Below are positions 39,478 to 48,909 of a stretch of DNA of 64,000 nucleotides, piece by piece. The stretch lies in NCBI GenBank assembly GCA_965204745.1, contig OZ242010.1:2048001-2112000 (forward strand), given 5' to 3'. Both the position numbers and the translations under genes were made by a program. Numbering within the stretch: position 1 is the first letter of the stretch; each line of letters begins with the position of its first letter. The notes under the pieces are model-generated. The model worked only from the letters and a program-made list of their open reading frames with translations. It was not told the origin of the DNA and ran no database searches. This DNA comes from Candidatus Latescibacterota bacterium. GTDB lineage: Bacteria; Latescibacterota; UBA2968.

Positions 39478-40080
39478 TTACAACTCGTTGCGATCTGTTT
39501 CGCGTTGCCATTGCTGAAATACATTAACGAGAGGATCGACAAATCGCTGGAAGGATCGATCCGCACGCTTGGCGCGGTTAATGTCCATGCTTTGCACGAT
39601 ATCTTCTGCGAACTCGATGCCGCCAAGACTGGGCATGATGCCCGCGGCGCGAATGGCCGTAGCCAAACGTCGTTTGTAGAGATCGCGGTCACACTTTCGA
39701 TCCGGTGCGTCGCAACCCCTTCCGACTGCGGTTTTGAATGCGGCACTATCGAGCAACAGCCAGCGTTCGATATGTGGGTCGGGGATGGCGAGGATCATGG
39801 GCGCGGGGGTGGTGGTCTGATCCATTTCTTTTTTGCGCTCATTTAGTCCCCTACAATTGGCGTCCGTGGCAACGATGATCAAGTCGGGCAACGGGCTTCC
39901 TTGTCCGCGCAAGTCGCGCAAATAGTCGCGGAGTTCCAGAACGACCCGTCCGTGGCCCCTTACTGCACTTCGCCAGTTGAACTGCACGTCGATACTGTAT
40001 TCATCGGCAAGGCGTTGCACCAATGCGCCGATAACTTCTTGATGGGCGAAGTCTTCCACGAACAGCGCGATCTCACGCAT
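39478..40080 (-). CDS. DUF4276-like (TOPRIM-like) protein
   Basis: IALFVED, IVATDAN, IERWLLLD, S.QRF motifs; overlaps the ATPase stop. Confidence 0.75.
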   Translation of the reverse strand: MREIALFVEDFAHQEVIGALVQRLADEYSIDVQFNWRSAVRGHGRVVLELRDYLRDLRGQGSPLPDLIIVATDANCRGLNERKKEMDQTTTPAPMILAIPDPHIERWLLLDSAAFKTAVGRGCDAPDRKCDRDLYKRRLATAIRAAGIMPSLGGIEFAEDIVQSMDINRAKRADRSFQRFVDPLVNVFQQWQRETDRNEL

Positions 40081-41371
40081 CGAAATCTCCTCTCAAAATG
40101 CGCTCGGAAACGGGAAGCCTTTCCGCTTGGTCGATGAATGCTTGATCAATATCCTCGCGGCGCGTCAGCGGCCCCCAGGTGGTAAAGGGGTCGATATGCG
40201 TTTGGCGATCACTGCGCCGCACCGCGAACAGGGAATCGTCCGCCAGCAGATCGGGAAGAATCGGCGAGTGCGTGGTGACGATGTATTGGGTCGGCCCCAG
40301 GCTTGAGCGCGTCTTCAGCATTTCTGCGATCAACTGAATCCGCCGCGGGTGAACCCCGTTCTCCGGCTCCTCAAAGCCCACCAGCGAGGGCACTTCATCC
40401 GCGCCGGTCAATGCCAAAAGCCCCAGCATTCGCAACGTGCCTTCAGACAGCACCCGCGCGGGAATGGCAACACCGCTTTCCCGAAGGCGCAACTCGACCT
40501 CGCCGAGATCGCTCACATCCACTTCGATTCCCTCCGCATTGGGCATCAAGGTGTGCAATGCCTTTTCAACGGCCTTGAACTGCTCGGGCTTGAGTGCCTT
40601 AAGCGTATTGAGAAAAGCCGCGAGGTCTTCGCCCATCAGCCCCATGTGGCGCACTTCCTTGACCGGATTGGCCGCGCGCATGCGCTCGCGTGGCTCAAAG
40701 TAGAAGAACAGCCAATGCTGCAATTCGCGCCGCGCCGCGACCAAGTGCGGATAATGCGGCGGATAATGCGGCATGGAGAGAATCGTGTAGTCGAGGTAGC
40801 GGTCGTAGTACGTGGGGTGCGCTTGTCCCTCCAGCCGCAAACGGATATGATCGCCATACGGTTCGATAAAGGGCTTGCGCTTGCCGGTGGGTTCGCCTGC
40901 GGCGTTCAGAGCCGCCAAGTATTCGTCCCTGACGTGAACATTCCCGAATCGGGGTTGCATCTCGACCTCAACTCGGTAGCGCAAGTTGCGTTCCCGCACG
41001 GGCGCGGGCCTGCTGTTCGTCTCTGCACCACTTGGACGCCGCATTTCTCGGATCTGCCGGTTGACCGCATCGACGACCGCGTCCGACAGTTCCAAATCCG
41101 CCTCAATAGCAAAGGCCAACTTGTCTTGTTCAACCAGTCCCTTCAGCCCTTTGTCTCCAACTGTGAAGGATTCGAGCAACTTGCCCCGATACGGCGGATC
41201 AAAGGCTTCTTTCAAGGTGCGGCTCGTCGCCAGTTTCGACAACAGTTGGAGCGCGTCGAGAAAATTGCTCTTGCCCGCTGCGTTCGGCCCAAATAACAAG
41301 GTGAGGGGCGAAAGCCGCACCTCCATGTCAGACAGGGATTTGTACCCCTTGATATGAACGCGCTTCAGCAT
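40073..41371 (-). CDS. ABC/AAA ATPase (AAA_21-like)
   Basis: GPNAAGKSN, LSEGTLR, FEEPENGVHP, TTHSP. Confidence 0.92.
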   Translation of the reverse strand: MLKRVHIKGYKSLSDMEVRLSPLTLLFGPNAAGKSNFLDALQLLSKLATSRTLKEAFDPPYRGKLLESFTVGDKGLKGLVEQDKLAFAIEADLELSDAVVDAVNRQIREMRRPSGAETNSRPAPVRERNLRYRVEVEMQPRFGNVHVRDEYLAALNAAGEPTGKRKPFIEPYGDHIRLRLEGQAHPTYYDRYLDYTILSMPHYPPHYPHLVAARRELQHWLFFYFEPRERMRAANPVKEVRHMGLMGEDLAAFLNTLKALKPEQFKAVEKALHTLMPNAEGIEVDVSDLGEVELRLRESGVAIPARVLSEGTLRMLGLLALTGADEVPSLVGFEEPENGVHPRRIQLIAEMLKTRSSLGPTQYIVTTHSPILPDLLADDSLFAVRRSDRQTHIDPFTTWGPLTRREDIDQAFIDQAERLPVSERILRGDFDA

Positions 41372-41386
41372 CTTGCGTCTCTCCTT

Positions 41387-41410
41387 CCGTGCGTGCCCAA
41401 AGATACAAGA
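41387..41410 (+). repeat. 24-bp direct repeat, right copy
   Basis: CCGTGCGTGCCCAAAGATACAAGA, identical to 39391-39414. Confidence 0.9.
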
Positions 41411-41466
41411 TGGCTTATCTCGATACGAGGGCGCAACACCTAATTAACCCTTACTTCCAAGATACA

Positions 41467-41612
41467 AGGGGGAATGGCGAGAGGTTTTGCGAGGGGATTG
41501 TGCGAGGGATATTTAATCGCTTTATGCCCTCGCGCAATGCCATCAGAGCAACCATAGATATAAGCGCTTTACTCCCCTTTCCTTGTAGGAAAGGGGCCAG
41601 GGGATAGGTCCC
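41467..41612 (-). repeat. Dispersed ~150-bp repeat shared with the interior of the MITE at 865-1020
   Basis: Reverse complement reads GGGACCTATCCCC.GGCCCCTTTCCTAC.AGGAAAGGGGAGTAAAGC...GGTTGCTCTGATGGC...GAGGGCATAAAGCGATTAAATATCCCTC. Confidence 0.85.
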
Positions 41613-41821
41613 ATTCGCGCAACGCCCAAAAACAGGGCATCGGGTCTGTTGATCGAAACAGGAGACCACGCAACAAAACAAACCCGGGTTCGCAAGGAAC
41701 TCGGGCTTTTGGTTTCTTCGCAAAAACCAAGCGTGCTTCGGTGGAGGGGCGAAGCCCGAAAGCTGAGAACAAATGACGTTACGCAAAGTCCCGTGCGCGT
41801 GTCATTCATCGGGGAATCGCG

Positions 41822-42871
41822 TTAGGCATCCGCATCCAACAAGTGCTGAAAGGCCTCCAGATCATCCACTTGCACCGCCGAGCGAAGCAACCGCTTGAGC
41901 CGTTGCATGTCTTCAATCGCGGCAATGTGAGCGGCGAACTGACCGGCAACGGCCGGATCAAAGCGAACCTCCAACACGTCGAGGATAGCGTCAATGGTAT
42001 GTTCTCTACCCCCTTGCTCGATGCCTTGCTCGATGCCCTGCTCGATGCCCTGCTCGATGCCTTGCTCGATGCCCTGCTCGATGCCCTGCTCGATGCCCTG
42101 CTCAATGCCCTGCTCAATGCCCTGCTCAATGCCCTGCTCAATGCCCTGCTCAAGAAACTGTTCCTTGAACTGTTCCTGGATCTGTTCCTTGAGATATTGG
42201 GTAAACGATGACTCACGCATAATCGCGTCCATAAAACCCTCCTGGGAAAGAATCCGCATGATGGTGGCAGGCTCATAAGCCAACCCACTCAAGACCGCCA
42301 AGCTACTCAAATAATTCGCCTTGTCTGCCTGATCCAACGAAACCGAATCGCCCTTGCGAACACACGCGCGCAACCAATCTTCGGAACCCATCCCCACAGG
42401 CGGCTTCATCAAGGGCGCGAAAGGAAGCAAGCCTGCCTGACCGCCTTCAAGAATGCCGCGCCCGTCCATCTCGCTCAACCGAAGCACCTTGTATTGCACA
42501 AGGACGAGATGACCGGCGAGTTCTTGAATGTAGTAGCCCTCATCGCGGCGCCCGGCATTGGGACGCAGGTAGATGACAAAGGAATAGACCGACAAACCAT
42601 ACTGCTCGATGAGTCGGATGATATAGGAAGCCATGCGAATAGCCATATTCGCGCTGTCGGCGGTTTGAAATTCGATGTGAACCAAGGCTTCCTCGCCATC
42701 GATCCGCACGCGAATCACGCTATCGACCAGGCGCGTTTCCACCTTGGGGAGTTCGGTATCGAGGACTTCTTCAACTTCAATTTCGACATCCTCGCGTCCG
42801 AGAGCCAAGCGGATGAGGTCTTGCGGGTAGATGCGAATCAACTGCTTGGGAATCGTATCGTATTCTGCCAT
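41822..42871 (-). CDS. Rpn/YhgA-like PD-(D/E)XK nuclease (putative transposase family) with EQGI repeats
   Basis: RLVDSV...VHIEFQT...MAIRMASY...VIYL; C-terminal (EQGI)n tract and ..LEVRF tail. Confidence 0.88.
   Translation of the reverse strand: MAEYDTIPKQLIRIYPQDLIRLALGREDVEIEVEEVLDTELPKVETRLVDSVIRVRIDGEEALVHIEFQTADSANMAIRMASYIIRLIEQYGLSVYSFVIYLRPNAGRRDEGYYIQELAGHLVLVQYKVLRLSEMDGRGILEGGQAGLLPFAPLMKPPVGMGSEDWLRACVRKGDSVSLDQADKANYLSSLAVLSGLAYEPATIMRILSQEGFMDAIMRESSFTQYLKEQIQEQFKEQFLEQGIEQGIEQGIEQGIEQGIEQGIEQGIEQGIEQGIEQGIEQGIEQGGREHTIDAILDVLEVRFDPAVAGQFAAHIAAIEDMQRLKRLLRSAVQVDDLEAFQHLLDADA
42011..42154 (-). repeat. 12-bp tandem repeat x12 encoding IEQG
   Basis: GCCYTGCTCRAT units counted directly. 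Confidence 0.95.
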
Positions 42872-43025
42872 GGGACGCCTCCTGATGTGCCATGGTTTGA
42901 ACGACTTGTGGAACAACAATAAATAATCTCCAATCCCGCTCGCGATGTCAAGTGATTTTCCCCAGCCGCTCCGCCCATCCGCAGGGTTTTGGTCTTACGT
43001 CTTGCTTCTGCCTTCTCCCCGCCTT

Positions 43026-43400
43026 TCATCCGTGGTTGCTTTTTGTTTTTTTTCGGATCGCGGCGATTTCTCTTTCGATTTGATCGTCGAGGCCCTCCGC
43101 TGGATCGTCGGGACTTTCCGCGGCTGCATTGTCGAGGGCTTTCATAAATTCGACGGCGCGTGCGGTATAGCGGGCGCGGGTTTGGCGGTAGTCGTCTGTC
43201 TCGACCTTTCCCATGCGATGGTCAAAATCGAGTTCGCGGATGGCTTCATAGACCATATCGCGCTGCTCGATTAGGGCGCGGCGTCTCGTCTCGTTGCGCG
43301 AGGTCTGATCGAGGGTCCCCGCGTGTCGCGGGTCGAATAGCGGGGTGAACACAAAGAGCAGAACCCCCGCTGCGATGAGGATAAAAGCGACGGTGATCAC
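43026..43400 (-). CDS. CcmI-like small membrane protein of the ccm operon
   Basis: N-terminal TM then AIRELDFD...GK....DY; overlaps ccmH. Confidence 0.7.
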   Translation of the reverse strand: MITVAFILIAAGVLLFVFTPLFDPRHAGTLDQTSRNETRRRALIEQRDMVYEAIRELDFDHRMGKVETDDYRQTRARYTARAVEFMKALDNAAAESPDDPAEGLDDQIEREIAAIRKKTKSNHG

Positions 43401-43858
43401 GTCTCGCGCTCCTTGAGTTCGGTTTCGAGGCGGTCGAGGTAAGGGTCATCGCGCACGGATCGCGCTGTGGGTGTGGCGGGCATTTTCGTTTGTGACCATG
43501 AGCGTAGCACCTGGCGCACCACCAAAAAACCGAGCAAGAGAACCGCGGGCGGCATGAGCCACGCCGCGAGGTTGAACCCCTCGGCCGGCGGTTTGGCGAG
43601 GACTTCTTTGCCAAAGTCGCGCACGTACGTATCGACAATGGCCTGTGGCGTTTGGCCTTCTGCCAGCATGGATTTGATGCGCGCGTGTTGTTGCCGGGCA
43701 TAGCCACACACGCATTCGTCGAGGGGCCTGCGCGGGCAGTCCCCGCACAAACACGCGAGTTCTTTGCCCACTTCGTCGATTTGCGCGGTGGTTATTTCAG
43801 CGCGGATGGAGATTGCGAAGAGGCAGAGACATATCGGGATGAGGATCGCGGTTTTCAT
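43397..43858 (-). CDS. ccmH: Cytochrome c biogenesis protein CcmH
   Basis: LACLCGDC...CVCG, IV..YV..FG.EVLA.PP..GFNL.AW; start at ATG 43858 overlapping the ccmF stop. Confidence 0.82.
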   Translation of the reverse strand: MKTAILIPICLCLFAISIRAEITTAQIDEVGKELACLCGDCPRRPLDECVCGYARQQHARIKSMLAEGQTPQAIVDTYVRDFGKEVLAKPPAEGFNLAAWLMPPAVLLLGFLVVRQVLRSWSQTKMPATPTARSVRDDPYLDRLETELKERET

Positions 43859-45837
43859 GCCACCCCCTTGAGTTGCGCGGTGCGTTTCTCGCGCTCGTCC
43901 GGCCACATGACGACAATCGTGCCAATCGTGATGATCCACGCGCCTATCCAGACCCACATGACCAGGGGATTGATGTAGAGGTGAAACAGGGCGACTTCCT
44001 CGCCGTCTCGCATGTCGATGCCCTGATAGAGCGCGTAGAGGTCTTCGCGCAAATTCGACCGAATGGCGACTTCTGTGGTGCTTTGCTGGTCTTGTCGCTT
44101 GTAATAGACCTTCTGGTGCGGCCACATCGTGCCCAAGCGTTGCCCGCGTTTGTAAACCCCGAGTTGCGCCACGATGTCCGCGGTGAGTGGATTGACGGAT
44201 TCGGCGATGCCTTCATACGTGAGCGTGTACGGGCCAATTGCGGCGGATTCCAGATATTTGAGTTCGACTTGGTCGTCTTTGTTAAACGCATTGCCCGTAA
44301 ATCCGATGAAGAGCAAGACCACGCCAAAGTGGATGATGTACCCGCCGTAGCGGCGGCGATTGCGCCGGGTGAGGTTGACGAGCGCGACGGGATAGGATTC
44401 GCCAGAACTGCTGCCCCGCGCTTTGGCCCCGCGGTGAAATTCAGCCGCGATGGTGCCGGTGACAAAGCCGCAAAAGAGGAAGGAGATGATGGCGTAGATG
44501 TCGCGCACGCCCAGCGCGATGGCAACCGCGCCGCATGTCAAGCCAAAGAGGCCCGATCCGGTGAAGTGTTTTCGCAGGCTTTTGCCCGAGGTGCGCCGCC
44601 ACGCCAGCAACGGGCCGATGCCCGTCAGCAAGAGCAAGAGCAGGCCGATGGGCACCATCACCGTGTTGAAGTAGGGCGGCCCGACCGTGATTTTGTCGCC
44701 GGTGACGGCTTCGGAAATCACCGGGAACATCACCCCCCAGAAGACGGCAAAGGTGGCGGTGACAAAGAGCAAATTGTTGAGCAAGAACCCGCCCTCGCGC
44801 GAGATGGGCGATTCGTATTGCGCTTGGCTTTTGAGCAGGTCCAAGCGCGAGACCAAGAGGAGGGCCGAGAAGATGACGATGAGGACGACCAACGCGCCGA
44901 ACCAGGGGCCAATCGGCGACTGGGCAAAAGCGTGTACCGAAGACACCACCCCGCTGCGCGTGAGGAACGTGCCGTAGATGCACAGGGTAAAGGTGGCGAT
45001 GATCAAGACCATGTTCCAGACCTTGAGCATGCCCTTTTTTTCTTGGATCATCACCGAGTGCAAAAAAGCCGTGCCGGTCAGCCAGGGCAACAGGGCGGCG
45101 TTTTCGACCGGATCCCAACCCCAGTACCCGCCCCAGCCGAGCACGACGTAGGCCCATTTGCCGCCCAAGAGTTGGCCCGTGCCCAGGAAAAACCACGCGA
45201 GCAAGGTCCAGCGGCGCGTGGTGCGAATCCATTCTTCGTCGATTTGCCGGGACAAGAGCGCGGCCATGGCAAAGGCGTAGGGCACGATGAAGCCCACGTA
45301 GCCGTGGTAGAGCATGGGGGGATGTATCGCCATTACCGGGTGGACGAGCAAGGGGTTCATACCCGTTCCATCGGATAAGGCGCGGGGCATGGTGAGAAAG
45401 GGATTTTCATGGACGCAGATCAAGGCGAGAAAAAAGACCTGCGCGAAGGACATGATGGCCGTGGCATAAGACGCCAAGGGACCGCGAAAGGCGCGGGTTT
45501 TGACGCTGGCAAAAAAGATGAACCCCGCCAGGATTGACGCCCACAGCAGGAGCGACCCCTGCATGCCGGACCACAAGGCGGTGAACTTGTAGCCCGTGTG
45601 CAAGTCCCGGCTGGAATGCGTGGCGACGTAGTGAACCTCAAACCGGTCCGTGAGAAAGAGCACTTCGAGAATGCCCATCGCCACGACGCAGAGCGCGAAA
45701 TTCGCAGCGACCGCGCGCTCCGCGCTCAGGGTCAACCCCACGCGCCGAGTTCTCCCGGCCCATATCGCAACGACCGCCGCATAAGCCGAGACGAACCACG
45801 CGAGATAAAGGAGAAAATTGCCGAGTTGTGGAAGCAT
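43855..45837 (-). CDS. ccmF: Heme lyase CcmF
   Basis: HPPMLY.GY, WGGYWGWDPVENA (WWD domain), LTRSG...SVHAF. Confidence 0.96.
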   Translation of the reverse strand: MLPQLGNFLLYLAWFVSAYAAVVAIWAGRTRRVGLTLSAERAVAANFALCVVAMGILEVLFLTDRFEVHYVATHSSRDLHTGYKFTALWSGMQGSLLLWASILAGFIFFASVKTRAFRGPLASYATAIMSFAQVFFLALICVHENPFLTMPRALSDGTGMNPLLVHPVMAIHPPMLYHGYVGFIVPYAFAMAALLSRQIDEEWIRTTRRWTLLAWFFLGTGQLLGGKWAYVVLGWGGYWGWDPVENAALLPWLTGTAFLHSVMIQEKKGMLKVWNMVLIIATFTLCIYGTFLTRSGVVSSVHAFAQSPIGPWFGALVVLIVIFSALLLVSRLDLLKSQAQYESPISREGGFLLNNLLFVTATFAVFWGVMFPVISEAVTGDKITVGPPYFNTVMVPIGLLLLLLTGIGPLLAWRRTSGKSLRKHFTGSGLFGLTCGAVAIALGVRDIYAIISFLFCGFVTGTIAAEFHRGAKARGSSSGESYPVALVNLTRRNRRRYGGYIIHFGVVLLFIGFTGNAFNKDDQVELKYLESAAIGPYTLTYEGIAESVNPLTADIVAQLGVYKRGQRLGTMWPHQKVYYKRQDQQSTTEVAIRSNLREDLYALYQGIDMRDGEEVALFHLYINPLVMWVWIGAWIITIGTIVVMWPDEREKRTAQLKGVA

Positions 45838-45860
45838 GTTTGGCCTTGTGTTATGGGGCG

Positions 45861-46067
45861 TTAAAATATCGCGATCTGTTGCGTGCCCACAAATTCAGAA
45901 TCGAGATGGGGTTCACCATCTTCAAGAAGCATTTCGACCACTTCTTTCAGATTCCCATTCAGCGCGTCCAATGTCTCTCCCTGAGAATGGGCACCGGCAA
46001 AACCGGGCACATAACCCACATACAAATCCGTATCCTTACAATATTCTACGATAGCTGTAAAACGCAT
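45861..46067 (-). CDS. HicB-family antitoxin (orphan)
   Basis: YVGYVPGFAGAHSQGETLD.L..NLKEVVEMLLE; no hicA seen nearby. Confidence 0.85.
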   Translation of the reverse strand: MRFTAIVEYCKDTDLYVGYVPGFAGAHSQGETLDALNGNLKEVVEMLLEDGEPHLDSEFVGTQQIAIF

Positions 46068-46214
46068 CTTTGCCTCGCTTTATGACCGACATTTGTCGAA
46101 CTTTGCATTGCCAAGCCCTTTGGCTCTCGGTTGTGCTCACTTGTTTTTTTGGATTCAACACAGGGCGACCCGATTGCCATTCGCGCTTGCGGCGTATTGA
46201 TAAGATCGAAATGC

Positions 46215-46613
46215 CTAAGTGGTCAGGGACAGCAAACTATTCAACGTGTCTGTCGTGCGCTTTGAACTTAGCACTCGGTGCAACGCATCGCGGAATCCCT
46301 GCTCGCTGTCGCAACTCACTTCAGACAGTTCGTCATCCTCGGCGTCAAGGTCATCTGACAATGTAAGCGGGTAGTGGTCTTTCAGTGGATAGATCACCGT
46401 AACGATATCCAGATGATAGCGATCCAGTGCCGGAACTGTAACCGCGAGCGTGGATCGAAATTGCTGTTTTGCAAGCCCGCTCGTCACAACCGTCGCACTG
46501 ATCTGCCAACCGATTTTTTCATTCAAAACACCCGCCTGCTCCTTGAGTATCTGAACAGGAGTTGGCGGCTCGACAGGAACTTGGAGATCGCCCCAGTAGT
46601 CTCGTGTTGACAT
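46215..46613 (-). CDS. Hypothetical protein
   Basis: RBS AGGAG, ~132 aa, DYWG....TPVQILKEQA..L motif. Confidence 0.7.
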   Translation of the reverse strand: MSTRDYWGDLQVPVEPPTPVQILKEQAGVLNEKIGWQISATVVTSGLAKQQFRSTLAVTVPALDRYHLDIVTVIYPLKDHYPLTLSDDLDAEDDELSEVSCDSEQGFRDALHRVLSSKRTTDTLNSLLSLTT

Positions 46614-46677
46614 TTCAAACACTCCTATGATTTAATCATCCGCGACACCTCCGAGTTCTTCATACTACTGGAGTGCT

Positions 46678-47430
46678 TCATGGCACCTCAATTCGAAATT
46701 CACGGTTAGCCTTTCTCGCTTGGACACACGGGATATTGTGAGCCTTGCAGAGTTTTTCAATATTGGCCTTGAACTTATCTTCTATTCTTATCCCAAGGAT
46801 GACACGCGAAATTGGACCAGGCCAGGGGCATTCTTGATCACCTTGCAGCGTTATTAAACGCCATTCTTTTTCGTATGACCAGTCAATAGATTTGGTTTTC
46901 ATCATGAGGCCTATCGTCCTGCCATCACGTTTCAATAACATCTGTCCAATATCAATTTGTGGATAGTGTCTGAAATAATTCACTGGCGAACAAATGTCGT
47001 CGTCGCCAAAATAGTTTTCCGCGTCCGCGGCACGGGTAAATTCAAAGCAAACCCCCGTATGATCTTTGGCATAATGGGACCACATACGTATTGAGTCGCA
47101 TTCCTCTGACAGACATAATATTCCCATATTCCTCTGGTCTTTTATCAACTTTTGCATCGCCTTGTCCGCTTGATCTTGTCCTTCGAGAGTGAAATTCCCA
47201 TCAGCGGTAACGTATTTGTCAATTTCCCTCTGGCTATGTCCCTTACGGCGCATTGCCTCCAAATAATCATCCGCGGTTATACCTTTTGTAATTTTCAAAT
47301 CGCAATCAAACGGGTCATTGAATCGCTCTGGTTTTGCCGCCCAAAGACATTTTTTACGCAAGATGTCTAATGTATAGTTGTTTGGGGGCTTGTACATGTA
47401 AAGTTTCGTGATTCGAGGATAGATCATCAT
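46678..47430 (-). CDS. DUF2971 domain protein
   Basis: FNDPFDC, CLSE..DSIRMWSHYA..HTGVCFEF, TKS.DWSYEKEWR; RBS AGGAGG. Confidence 0.88.
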   Translation of the reverse strand: MMIYPRITKLYMYKPPNNYTLDILRKKCLWAAKPERFNDPFDCDLKITKGITADDYLEAMRRKGHSQREIDKYVTADGNFTLEGQDQADKAMQKLIKDQRNMGILCLSEECDSIRMWSHYAKDHTGVCFEFTRAADAENYFGDDDICSPVNYFRHYPQIDIGQMLLKRDGRTIGLMMKTKSIDWSYEKEWRLITLQGDQECPWPGPISRVILGIRIEDKFKANIEKLCKAHNIPCVQARKANREFRIEVP

Positions 47431-47465
47431 TTGTTCCTCCTAATATTTTTTTGTACCCTTGATTT

Positions 47466-48854
47466 TTAACTGAGCTTTCGCTCTTCCGCTTCAATAATTT
47501 CCAGTTGTGCTTCCATTGCGGCGTAGTAATCGGGCAACGGCTCCACATCATATAGAATACCTACACCTTGTTCTTGGCAATTAGCGAATAAGATCATGCC
47601 CCCCTCAATCGGCTCCTCTGTATCCTGTACAGCGTGGTAAAGCTCGGTATAGAAGCTCCGCATGTCTCCACGCTCGGTCTTCAGTTCCTCAGACGCCATT
47701 CTATAAAATGTGGTCTTTACACTCGGGAATACTGTCCGCCTGAAGAACCCCTCCTCAACCACTCGCCTACGGCACATTTTTAAGCTCGGCTTGAAAGATT
47801 CACTCATCGCATTTACGACATTCTGGTACAGGTCCAGGAATACGGCTTGAAATTCAGTAGCGAGATTTTGAATTTGCTCAATCGCTCTTCGAAGATGCCG
47901 CTCCTTGAACCATCCACTGATTCCCTTTCCAGTAAAGACGCCAGCCAAGCTACCTAATATCGGCATAAAAACGGTTGATAGGCCGCCAGTCACAGGGGCC
48001 AACGCTAGGCCCAAACCCAAACCAATTTTGCTACCGAGCAAGCCTCCAACACCAGTGGCAGCAGTGTCAAGCACGGTGTGTTCTGCCGCTGTCTTTAGGT
48101 CGAGATCGCCTTTGTACAATTTCCGGCTATTCTTAACTACATTGAAGGCCAACGAGATGAAGGGAATGTTATCGATCCCATCTCCAAGATCGGCAATTCC
48201 CTCAAATGTGTCGGCAGTGCTGTGGAATGCTTCCTGAACAGAGAGATCAGAGTCAATTAAAACGCGAGGATTGTTGCGAAAGGCGTCGGCCATTTCCCGG
48301 TTTGTGATCACGTCGATATCCGGGTACCTGTCAAGGTGCTCTTGGATGTACCGTGGATTATCTGTAACCTTGATGTTGTATTGCTTTCCATCTACTATAA
48401 TGTCCAATCCCTTGGCTGTGCCTGATTCTGGAACCTCGACGGCACGTCCCTGATCTCGAAAGTTGTCAGCTACATTCTTCTCCCCGGTATAGCCCTTGTA
48501 TTTGTGGATCATCTGTCGCCAAGCATCTTCGCCAGGCTCGGATTTGATGATCTCGCGCTTCATGAAGTCCATAAGATCGCCAAGACTCTCAAAGCCTTGT
48601 GCGTGGTGCAGATGCTCCATCCCCCGCAGAGCTTGGGGATCCATCTTCATCGTGTTGTATAACACATCGAACATGCTCACGCCAGTCACAACTGCTCCGT
48701 CCACCCCTAACGCTCGCGCTACCCGATTCCGCAGATTTCTGTCAACCTTGAGAGGCTTGGTAAGGAAAGCCCGCTGGCGTGACCGATGGACGTATGAGGC
48801 TGTGCTGAGACCGGTAATCACGAGACCAGCTATCCAGATGAGTATGATTTCCAT
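47466..48854 (-). CDS. Membrane-anchored protein with PD-(D/E)XK-like motif and glycine zipper
   Basis: N-terminal TM; KGYTGE...VEVP....KGLDIIVDGKQYNIK; GxxxG-rich hydrophobic hairpin. Confidence 0.7.
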   Translation of the reverse strand: MEIILIWIAGLVITGLSTASYVHRSRQRAFLTKPLKVDRNLRNRVARALGVDGAVVTGVSMFDVLYNTMKMDPQALRGMEHLHHAQGFESLGDLMDFMKREIIKSEPGEDAWRQMIHKYKGYTGEKNVADNFRDQGRAVEVPESGTAKGLDIIVDGKQYNIKVTDNPRYIQEHLDRYPDIDVITNREMADAFRNNPRVLIDSDLSVQEAFHSTADTFEGIADLGDGIDNIPFISLAFNVVKNSRKLYKGDLDLKTAAEHTVLDTAATGVGGLLGSKIGLGLGLALAPVTGGLSTVFMPILGSLAGVFTGKGISGWFKERHLRRAIEQIQNLATEFQAVFLDLYQNVVNAMSESFKPSLKMCRRRVVEEGFFRRTVFPSVKTTFYRMASEELKTERGDMRSFYTELYHAVQDTEEPIEGGMILFANCQEQGVGILYDVEPLPDYYAAMEAQLEIIEAEERKLS

Positions 48855-48909
48855 AGATTATTCCTTCCTATCATCGATGAATTGCTGACCCAGTTGGATC
48901 CCGTTCCAT

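Noticed and set aside
42011-42154. 12-bp array and the 33/21-bp array at 21674 considered as CRISPR or DGR repeats
   Set aside because: Head-to-tail coding repeats with no spacers, no reverse transcriptase and no adenine-specific variation.
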